Of a stretch of 64,000 bases of DNA, positions 38,513 to 49,391 are shown one piece after another. The stretch is from contig OZ176052.1 in assembly GCA_964247055.1 (NCBI GenBank), positions 10,230,001 to 10,294,000 of the forward strand, read 5' to 3'. The notes beneath the pieces were generated by a model, which was not told the DNA's origin, did not search any database, and was given only the letters and a program-made list of their open reading frames with translations. Source of the stretch: Paragordius varius. Its lineage: Eukaryota; Animalia; Nematomorpha. Positions within the stretch are counted from its first letter, which is position 1. Each line of letters opens with the position of its first letter. The position numbers were made by a program, and so were the translations under genes.

Positions 38513-40460
38513 TTTTAAATATATGAACTTTAATAAAATATAAAAATTAGAAATAGCGGCCCGACCTCAAACACCAAACATAAAATACTATATAAATACT
38601 AAACCGAAGAAAGTTAGATATTTGTTGTAAATCAATGTGTAGACTCACGAAATTAATCTGCGACCATTGGCAAAATGGATTATCCAAGTTCGTTCAATTA
38701 AATTATAATATGTATTAAAATATCAAATGAATTTTTATTTGGAGAATATATTTTGGTGTTGTTTTGCATCTGATGCTTGATAATTTAAAATATATTAAAA
38801 GGTTTTGGTTAAAATATAATTATCAATATATTACAATTTCCAACAGTTTTGAGCCTTCAATAGTTTAAAACTTGGACCTAATTATAAATAATTACGTATA
38901 TTTTTGTAGAAATTAATTAAATTCCTTTAAAATTATCTATTTTTGCAATTTTATCATATTTTTTTTATATACCAGTATTTTTAGCTATTTAGCGAAAACT
39001 ACAGAAAAAAATGGCGGCAAATCTGAGGTGAATATCTAATCTGGGTAGAAAAAGGCCCCAAGAGGAAATAATGTTTAGATCGGGGGCGTCAAGCCTGCTC
39101 TCCAAAATTATTTTAGGGCTCGCGAAAAATTTGAATAAACCAAATAGATTTAACATATTATAAATTCGGAATAATCTGAGTAAAATACAAAATTTATATT
39201 ATACCTTTAAATATTATTTTTTATTATAATTTATTCAGAATTATATAATTCATTTATTAACTCCAATAATTGTTCAGTAAAGGGTTATTTTAAAGGCAAT
39301 TAATATATGCCTTATATTACTCTTAAATTCAATTTTATAAAGTACTATAAGTTTTTTAAGGTGAAAATCAATATAAATTTAAACAAACTAGATTCAATTT
39401 TTTATTGAAGAGAAACTTTATTTCTTGATTTATATATGTAGGTATATTTAAATATAACTTTCCAATTTATCCAAAGAAATAAAAATTATTATTAGATATA
39501 TAGTGGCCGTATATTTTTTACGGTCCCATGATTGGAATATAATAAAATATGTATTGATGTCCTTTCGTTATTTTATATTAAAAATGGAGCCCGCCTAGTT
39601 TTTGAGCTAAAAAAGCGGATATTCCTAGTCTAGATAATATCAATTCAAAAAAATTTCAAAACATATATTTTGCATGCAAATAAATAAGAGAATAACTTTT
39701 ACTAAAACGAGACTAAAATAGAAAAAGTAATATGTTATGTATCTATGTACCAAAACAGTTATTAGGTTAAAGTTATAAATAAGGTTCGTGATTATTTCAT
39801 ATTTAGGGTTAAAAATGTTCTAAAAATAAATCCCTACACTAATATTAAAATTAAATATAGCTCAAAAAATATTTTTAAATAACTTTCCCATTTGGTATAT
39901 TTTAAACCTAAAATAAGCAAATATATGTTTCTATGACCCCGAAATCGGGTAAATATCTAACAAATTCCTTTAGAGAAACTATCTATAATTTGTAAAGTAC
40001 ACACATGGTATACACACCTATATTTTTTGATAAACAATAAGGGAGGGGTAAAACCATCTTTTTAACATTAAAATATATAATGTGGTTGAAGCTCAATATT
40101 TTACTTTTGAACAAATTTTTAGCATCCTCGGTGTCTTAATTCAATGTATTTCATAATTCAATATATCATTTCAATATATTCTTGCATATCAATAAGTAAA
40201 TATTATTATATCTTTGCCAATTTAATTGAAAATAATGGCGTATTTTTTTTATAATAAGAAGTATTTGTAAGTGATACAATTGAATTTTGGGATCAAAAAC
40301 CAAAAATTAAAAATTTGAAAAACATAGATGGAATTTCTCTCAACCTATAAGCCGGCACATTTCTTAAAAATTTTTCACCATATCATGATATTTTATTTTT
40401 AAAATATAACTCAACATTATGTGGTATAAAATAGAAAATAAAGATGTAAAGTATTAATTA

Positions 40461-42652
40461 CTAGCGTAAATCTCGTGTTGCTACGCGGCCCGAGGAAGTC
40501 CTTCGGACTTCTGAAGGGGGGGGGGGGGTTACTTGAAAAAAGGGACAATAAAATGATCTACATATGTGGATTATTTCGAAACATTATTTGATAGCTATGA
40601 TCTCATAGGAATCTTAAAACGGTGCATTCATACTAATTTATTGTTTACTTGGGGGAAAAATAGATTTAAAAAATTATTTTTGTGGACTTTGTTTTTTGAA
40701 AAAATGGCATTTTACAGGGGGAGTGGGTAAAAAGAGGACCTAAATCAAAAAAGTGAGTCGACTATGTTCAGCGCGATCAAAAATAAGTAAACAAAAATCA
40801 TATTTGAAATTGAATGGTCCAACACGTTCTCCAAAAAATTGACTTAACCCATTTTTCACACGGGGTGGCCCCGAACTGGGGACCTAATTCCAAAAATGGG
40901 CGAAGCTATTGTCGGGGCATTCATTAATGATTATATTTTTTCGTTATTTGGATTTGAATGCGTTCACCGGTTTTCCGGAAACAGATCACAAAGTTACATG
41001 AGAAATCAGTTTTTCGCGGGTAGCTCCTTACCCAGCAGCTATCATCAAAAAAACGCTTGACTAAAATTTTTGCCTTTTAACAGGGAAAAGGTGGAATCCA
41101 TATTAAGTTTTTACGGTCTCATACCTTGGTCGAAAAATAGATTTAAAAAAATATTTTTGTGGACTTTGTTTTTTGAAAAAGGTGGCATTTCACGGGGGGA
41201 GCGGGTAAAAAGAGGGCCTAAATCAAAAAAGTGGCTCGGCTATGTTCAGCGCAATCGAAAATAGGTAAACAAAAATCATATTTAAAATTGAATTGTCCAA
41301 CACGTTCTCCGGAATGTCTCATAGACACGATTTTTGTGGACTTCTGTTTTCAAAAAAAACCCTTTTTTAACACGGGGTGGGCCCGAACTGGGGGCCTATT
41401 TCAAAAAAAGCAAGAAGCTATTGTCGGGGCATTCATTAATGATTATATTTTTTCGATGTTTGGATTTGAAAGGGTCTACCGGTTTTCCTTTACCAGATCA
41501 CAAAGCCAGCATTTTCCATTTTTATAAATATATAAATTACCATAAATTTAATTATCCATATATCTTTAAACATCCTATACATATGATAGATACTCCTTTC
41601 TCAGCTGCTATCATCAAAGAAACGCTTGACTAAAATTTTTGCCTTTTAACAGGCAATACGAAAAATCCTTCTCGAATTTTTACAGTTCCAATCAAAAAAT
41701 TATTTTTGTGGACTTTGTTTTTTTTGAAAAAAATGGCATTTTACGGGGGTAGCGGGTAAAAGGAGGGCCTAAATCAAAAAAGTGAGTCGACTATGTTCGG
41801 CGCTATCAAAAATAAGTAAACAAAAATCATATTTGAAATTGAATGGTCCAACACGTTCTCCGGAAAATTGTCTCAACCTGTTTTTTACATGGGGTAGGCC
41901 CGAACTGGGACCTAATTCCAAAAAAGGGCGAAGCTATTGTCGGGACATTTATAAATGATTGTATTTTTCGAAGTTTGGATTTGAATGGGTCTACCGATTT
42001 TCCGGAAACAGATCACAAAATTACATGAAAAATCAGTTTTTAGCGGGTAGCTCCTTGCCCAGCAGCTATCATCATTGAAACGCTTGACTAAAATTTTTGC
42101 CTTTTAACTGGGAATATGTGGAATCCATATTGAATTTTTACGGTCTCATACCTAGGGCGTAAAATCGATTTTAAAAATTATTATTGTGGACTTTGTTTTT
42201 TGAAAAAAATGGCATTTTACGGGGGTAGGGGGTAAAAAGAGGGCCTAAATCAAAAAAGTGACTCGACTATTATTATATATGGAATCAATCAGCAAAAATT
42301 ATATAATTTATTATAATATAATATTTCGATTACTACAAGTAATCTTTGTCAAACGTAAAAATAAAATTAAAATATCGGCGCAATCGAAAATAAGTAAACA
42401 AAAAATTATATTTGAAATAGAATGGACCACCACGTTCTCTAGAAAATTCTGTCAAAGACACGATTTTTGTGGACACCCGTTTTTCACACGGGGTGGGCCT
42501 GAACTGGGGGCCTATTTCAAAAAAAGGGCGAAGCTATTGTCGGGGCATTCATTAATGATTATATTTTTTCGAAGTTTGGATTTGAATGGGTCTACCGGTT
42601 TTCCTGTACCAGATCACAAAGCCACCATTTTCCATTTTTATTAATATATAGA
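40461..42652 (-). mobile_element. Non-autonomous Helitron (2.2 kb) with four tandem ~480-560 bp internal units
   Basis: A|TCTATATATTAATAAAAATGG at 42652, CTAG|T at 40461, hairpin at ~40496-40512. Units begin near 40656, 41133, 41695 and 42160 (ttatttttgtggactttgttttttgaaaaaatggcatttta). Confidence 0.82.
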
Positions 42653-43820
42653 TATAAATCTAAAATGTAATTAAAAAGCTTTGTATAAAAATCAAGGTAT
42701 AAAAAAAGTATGTTTGTATTTTAAAAAATAATATATTTGTCATTTTTCTCTTTATAAATTTAATTTTTAAATTTCCGCCTAATGACAACCAGCGGAGAGT
42801 AGTATACTCAATCAGCAAGCCATATGCCAAACTATTTAAGGGTTTATTTTAAAAAAATGGTATAAAAGCGAAAACCTTAAATCATCAATAGATTTGTATT
42901 GTATGATTCTTTCATTGAGATCGATTCTACAAAATCATATTATAATAAATTGAGAAATATTATTTAAACATATATTTTTTGAAAATACATATAAATGATG
43001 AATAATTTAATTTAATTTTTACATTATTTTTGGTCCCTTATGAGTTTAATGCTCACAAACTAGAGGATAACTCAAAAATTAGGGTCTATTAAATGTCAAA
43101 AAGGTGCATGATGATAAGCATGAGGTAATTAACTAGGCCCTTTTATTCAAATAAAAAGTGTTCAACACAAATGGCTTCGCGGACCGCATTTTTGACTCAA
43201 AAAGTTTGGCGGGCCGCATCTCATATATATACATGGGCGTTCATCAAAACATTCCCCTATATCATGGGTAAAATTCAAATTGAAAATACCATATAAGAAT
43301 GTAGTTCTTGCAAATCCTATTTAGAAAAATTGTTTAAAATAACCAAATTTACTGAGATTTTGAAAGCACACACGGGTCGCTCGTAAAATGGCACTGATGT
43401 AAATGCTCATTTTGAAGGTCTAGTCATTATAGGGGGTGTGCACTGCAATTACAAACACCAATCAAAAAATCAATTTTAATCTATTAAATATAATAGATAA
43501 AGAAATAAGCTTAATTCTTATTAAGCTTAGAGATATCAGGCAGGCAATGAAAGAAAACTGTATCAAAGCAGTTACTCTGAGTTTTAGAAACCTATATATA
43601 TAAACTCAATTTTTCATTTTACGAAAAAATTAACCCCCAAAAAATAAGTATTAAAAAATTAAATAAAAAGACCCATAATAATTGCTTTAATACATCATAA
43701 GTTTTTCAAAAAATTTGCATTTTTTTAAATCTCAAATTATTACTTTGTGATCATTGTCTTACAAATTCTCCCACACTTTTATCTATATTCTCGTTACATT
43801 CAACATATGAATATTTTTAG

Positions 43821-46800
43821 GTAGCTGTACATACACAGTTGCTAATAAACGCACGTTCTAATGGCCAAAATATATTAGTATGTTGGACACCTCTTACATC
43901 TCCAGCAATTTATTCTATGACCGTGGAAAAATGTTACAAAAATGTCAAACCATGCTATAAACAAACTCAGGTACTAATGACTTTTATTACTGTATAAAAG
44001 ATATATCCGACCTTTATACAGTTATTATAAGAGAATGTTAAAATTAGGAGTTTCAAAGTTAAATGGATTAAAAAAGTCTAATGTCCCCCTATAAAAGAAG
44101 TCAGAGTCAAAAAATAATTGATTAATTTATATGTCAATTTTTATATTTTTAATATTTAATTTCCAGCACCCATATAAAATATATCAAAATTTTCAAAAAG
44201 TATTATCTGGTTTATTTTTCCATGAATCTTTAATACATGCGAACCACTATATTGAACGCTACCATTAAATACTATGTTATGGTAGAGGTTTGTGCCAAAA
44301 CGAATTTCATATATTCAAAAAATGTTTTATGATAAAAATGTCGCAGTTTTAATTTTGAGGAGCTCCCGAACCCTCGATTCTTAGTATTGTTCACAATCCG
44401 ACTGTACACATAAAATTGAATTGAAAGTGCGGTCGCCCGTTAATCTTTCTAAAAACACGCTAAAATTGGAAAAATATAATCAAAAATTTTAAAATTTATG
44501 AGCTGTGTGAATCACCAATTTAGTTTTAACAAATCTGAGTTGTGTTTAAAATTATGGAACGAGAACCTGGTACCCTGAAAAATAGAAGTGAAACCAAAGT
44601 AGTTGTTTGGAACCATCCTTGAAATAGGAATAAAACCCTAACTTAGCACGCATATGTAATAATATTTTTATGAAGGATTATATCATTTGATGCAAAAACG
44701 TAATTGCCTAGTTATTATTTTTGACTAACACTTTATACTAAGTGGAATCAATCAAAAAAATGGTATTATAATGTTTGTTTTTTATAATAAAATCTGCTTA
44801 TCTTGGTGGTTAAAAACTCTCAAATCTTGAAAAACAATAATTATAGTTGAACTCTGTAACAGTCACCTAATCTATTGTTATAAAATAATTAATTTGGTCA
44901 AATACTAAAAATGAGGGCGGGAGGTTCCCATACATCCCTACACCATTGACCGACGAAGTAACTGAATTGCACCTACCATATTATATTGGTTAAAATAACT
45001 TATTTTTAGAAAATTACTATTTGTTTTCCTAAATTAAATTTTAATTATCCAATCAATTAAAACATCACTCACACAAACATAGTGGCATCGTGGAATAAAT
45101 GTAAAAATAATATTTTTTTATGGATAAATAAAAATAATTGTGTCCTATTAAGAAATTGGAAAAATAGTTTTAAAAATTAAATAAATCCAATAATTATTTA
45201 GACTTTCAGCTCAGAAATCTGTGTTTAGATTTTTCCCATATTGTACAAAATAGATTATTGCAATTTAGAAGCTGGAATAAATTAAAACGCGATCACTTAA
45301 TTTATTAATTTATTTAGAAATATTTATAACGAATATCTTCCAAAAATAATTGTTTATAGACTGTAATTTTTTTTTTGGATTTTTTGTCAATTCATCATGT
45401 CCTTTTTATATTTTCAGAATTTTGAAATTACATTGCTTTGCCCAAATCAACCACAATTTAATTTGAACCCCTTTTTTTAATATCTACTAATTTTGGATAA
45501 TTTTAAACTTAAAATAAATTATATTCCAGGAAATTTCATCCATCAACGCAAAAAATTCTTCATGTCAAGAGTATGAAAACCTTTACAATGCCAAATACAC
45601 ATTTACCATGACGTATATGATTAAAGTTAAGCCCTACGACAACATATTTAATACCCAAATATCTACAGGTAAGTATATATCTTTTGTAAAAATCTTAAGA
45701 GTCTAAAATTGAAACAGCTCCAAAACAAGATTGAAAGAACAGCTGATATATTAAAATAAAAATATACACGTTGTTCCTGGTAAAATGGAGCCTGAAAGAT
45801 TTTTAAAGTTGATTAATGACATTTCATAATATACATTTTACTTGTTTGATTAGGGATTTCGAAAAAAATAAAGAAAAATGGCGGCGAAAATGTTTGAGAT
45901 GAAGATTTTTTTCATTTTTTATAAAAAAATTTTTTTGTATAATGCGCCTAAAAGGTTAAAAGCATATTTTAAAATTCGATTTAGTATCTTAAATACTTTT
46001 TAAGATATTTAAAAAATCTGGATGAAACTACTCCAAAAGGTCATGGATTATAATTTCACATTTGGAACACATGTGTGTTAAAAAAATAAAAAAAACTGCT
46101 ATTTTTATGAGAAACTAAAATTTTAAAATTTCACATTTATACTTAAATATCATATAACGAAATGTCGAGATGTTAAAATACTCACTATTTTAACAAGGGG
46201 TTACCCTTACGGTCAGATATGCATCAATCCGATAAAACCCAAGCCGATTAGGAAACATAGATTAATTTTCATTGAAAAAAAATGGCTTTTAGGATATTGG
46301 ACAATAACGTTTTAAATTAAATTTAGTTTTATTTACATCATACTTACAACCTATTAGTTTTTCGCCGAAAAAATTCCATCAACAATTTTACATCTTTGTA
46401 CAAAGATTGGTGCAAAATAAGCAATTTATCAGGGAATGCCTCTCGCTTACTAATCGATGATATCTACAGCGTCAGGTTTATTTAATTTATGAATATATGC
46501 ATCGCCTTATATATATGATGTGTTAATTTGTCAAATTGCTGCATAGTTTGCTTTTAAATATTAAAAGCATCATTAATTTATACTACTTCGAAATATTGTT
46601 TTTGAATATTTATTTGGATTTGTTTTATTAAATTATTTATCAGTGGACGAAAGCCTCCGAGTTTCTTTAAAATTGGATAGATTTTTAGCTTTTGATTCTG
46701 GAAAATTTAACACGTAAAGTGATTTATGTTCAAATAAAAGAGCTAGTTTTAAAGCATTTGAAATTCATATATGCACACTGCATAGATTAAGAAAAATCAA

Positions 46801-48963
46801 TGTTATTCTCAAATCTTTGACAATCATTTAATTGATTGTCTATGTTATAACCCAATATTCAAACTAAAATTTATAAAATGATATGGTGGTTTAAATCGAA
46901 AAATTCATGTTTATAAAATGACCGTCTAAATTTTAAACCGCCTGATTTACTCTCATATATTGTCTTCAATCCCTGGGAAAAATAAACTTTTTTAAAATAA
47001 TAAACTAAAAAAATTGATGTGCTGCATGTTAAGATTTAAATTTTAATTATTTATACAGTTCTAAATAAAATAGTTATCCTAAAAAATTAGAAAATTATTT
47101 TATAATCATATAAAACGCATTGCATGCTGCTAAATTTTTCAATAATACACATAGATTTTTGGAATAACTCATAAACGAATACTAAGTTTTTTTAAATAAT
47201 TTAACCGCTACAAATTTCAATTGACCAATTTCGCGCTTTTATTTTCCATAAATGCTGTATCTATTCAAAAAATGATCACTTTTTACCGATAAGTAAAATT
47301 TTTATTTATTCAAAATATAGCATCATTCAGACTTTTTGGAAACCTAATCAGAGGTTATTGGAACCATCTGTTTTGATTTGAAACAATCGTCAATTCCTTT
47401 AAATTTAAAGAGCGCTTTTCTAAGTCCTAGTACAATTTTCTTAAGGTTGCTAGATTCATTTTTAACCACATACATAAATAATTTTTTGCTAACTTTATTT
47501 GTATGGTAGCTCAAAGGCCATTTGTAAAAATAATTACTCATACCTGATTTAAAGCAAATGATGAAAATTAAAAAAACTAAAATGATTGATAAAATCGGTG
47601 CGCACCGGGTTGAGAGTAAACCGATAGGCAATATAATGATTCATAAAAAAATCGTTTTGGCCATCAAAAAAATTATGCTAAATGATCAAATAAAATTAGG
47701 AATGTCAATGTATCAAAACATAATAATCATATCTATGGTTTGGTCACCATGAATTTGAAACAATCCAAGCCAGGATTTTTTTCTTATGCCCCAAACGAAA
47801 ACACCCTTAAATCAGTATTGACACACAACAATATTTGGAATTATCTATGGCAGGTTGGTGTATTTCATTTATTTTACATAACATCATTTAATGGAGGGGT
47901 GTCCAACACACGAAAAGCTTCGTAAACTTTTTCAACTCGAAAAATTGGGCGAGCGGCATCGAAAAAATATATACAATTTTTATAATATTTCGATCATGGG
48001 ACTGTAAAAAACGACCACTATTATATCTACTAACTTCTCGTTTGCTACGTTGACCAGATTTTAAAAAATATATTTAGATTCGCCCACATTTTAATCTAGA
48101 AGCTAATTGTCACCTTAAAGAACTGGTAAGTGTAATATATACATATATAAGTATAAAACGGCCTAAAATTCTCCATTTATCGAACAATTAATGTTGTTTC
48201 TAAACGAATTAGCTATAATTTTTAATAAATATTTAAAAATAATATTATCTAGTAAATGTTACAAATTTTATAAAAGTCTATTTTCTTAAAGTATGCTATA
48301 TTGTATTTATTTGTATTTTTTTGGAGGACCCATGCGGCCAAGTGTTGTAGACCCCTCCAGAGATATATATGAGCACTGAATGCTTAATATATAAAATTAT
48401 ATCATTCATCCAAAAATGTTTTGATACATCACTCTCTTTAAAAAATGTTAAATACTTTTTTTCATCTTGACTTTATATGTTCCGCTCCCATTTTTTGCCA
48501 TAAAATCGTAAATATGTTGAATATTAGGATTCATTAATCATAAGGTGATATTTGATTCATAATTTAAAAACATTTCACAAAAAATATACGCTGATTATAC
48601 AGATACCTTTCCATTATATAAATGTCAAATTAATATTTAGTTTAATTAATTTAAATCTTAAAATATTTTTTAATATAGGGATATTACTCAATAGATTTCA
48701 ATGGAAAAATATGGTTGACTATTTGCATGATTACCAATGATGATCTGCTAAAAGATTTTTGTAAAGAACTCACATTTGGTGACATTACACAAAAAAATAA
48801 CAATATAAAATTATATATAAATGATCATTTAATTTCGTTACAAAATTTACATTTTACTGAAAATTTCTTGCTAAATATGACAATCAAAAATACAAGTCAA
48901 AATATTATTTTTCAAACTCTCAGTGAAAACAACTTTATATCATTAAAAGTATCAACATGTTAA
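43821..48963 (+). CDS. Tentative multi-exon orphan protein, beta-rich/FN3-like and probably secreted; 5' end not found
   Basis: Open, splice-bounded segments 43821-43970 (VAVHTQLLINARSNGQNILVCWTPLTSPAIYSMTVEKC...), 45530-45668 (..YENLYNAKYTFTMTYMIKVKPY..), 46406-46475, ~46644-46713, 47321-47353, 47700-47853, 48679-48963(TAA). Phases chain except around 46475-46713. Several N-x-S/T sequons. No family recognised. Confidence 0.45.
45705..46010 (+). repeat. Dispersed repeat family (aaaaatggcggcgaaaa...gtttgagatgaagatttt); other copies at ~51885-52165 (+) and ~60215-60484 (-)
   Basis: Three copies are alignable by eye over ~250-300 bp; termini not defined. Confidence 0.6.
47892..48359. mobile_element. 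hAT-type MITE (longer variant)
   Basis: TGGAGGGGTGTCCAACAC ... GTGTTGTAGACCCCTCCA (16/18 inverted match). An internal segment recurs inverted at ~39490-39625. TSD not clear. Confidence 0.7.
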
Positions 48964-48968
48964 ATAAA

Positions 48969-49391
48969 TTATAAATCTTTTATTATTTTCATATTTTCTA
49001 AACATAATTTAATAGCTTGTAAGCTTTTAATTTTGGTGTCCAAATCAGGGCTCTCTAAATGCGTAGCCAGGTCTTGAATTGTATTCTTTAACATTTGCGA
49101 TGTATTAAACGAGGTTTCAGTATTTATAGAATGATTGTTGTTAAAATTAAAATTTTTTGCTAAATTAATTAAATGATTCATACTTTGTATAGAGTCTGGT
49201 ATAACATTATCGATTTCAGAACAAGCCACACAATAGTTTTCGCCGGAGGGTTTCCGCACTAATATAGTCTAATCTATAAAGTAAAAAATTACATCACAGA
49301 TCGGACAAGTACTATCCAGCATAGTATATCTTTTTAATAGATATTGTCCAATTAGTTTGGATATTTGATCTGAACGACTCGATTCTGGCAT
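48969..49391 (-). CDS. ZNRD2: ZNRD2/SSSCA1 (Sjogren/scleroderma autoantigen 1) zinc-ribbon protein, 132 aa
   Basis: Exons 49391-49293 and 49268-48969. Spliced MPESSRSDQISKLIGQYLLKRYTMLDSTCPICD|TILVRKPSGENYCVACSEIDN aligns without gaps to the family motif DRISRLMGDYLLRGYRMLGETCADCGTILLQDKQRKIYCVACQE. C-terminus ...KIKSLQAIKLCLENMKIIKDL*. Confidence 0.88.
49269..49292 (-). other. Ultra-short intron, 24 nt, phase 0 (ZNRD2 intron)
   Basis: GTAATTTTTTACTTTATAGATTAG. It is 3n but its terminal TAG is an in-frame stop if retained. The nearer AG (19 nt) also hits a stop. Removal restores the CxxC...CxxC zinc-ribbon spacing. Confidence 0.88.

Noticed and set aside
37351-42644. ORFs at 37351, 37391, 41070, 41231, 41334, 41843, 42258 (and 8645) with mutually similar translations
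   Set aside because: They are different frames of the same non-coding Helitron unit, with no consistent frame between copies and no Rep/helicase motifs.
43880-43895. ATGTTGGACACCTCTT inside the orphan exon resembles the hAT MITE right TIR (possible exaptation)
   Set aside because: 13/16 match only, no adjacent MITE subterminal sequence or TSD. It is probably a coincidence with the codons for VCWTPL.
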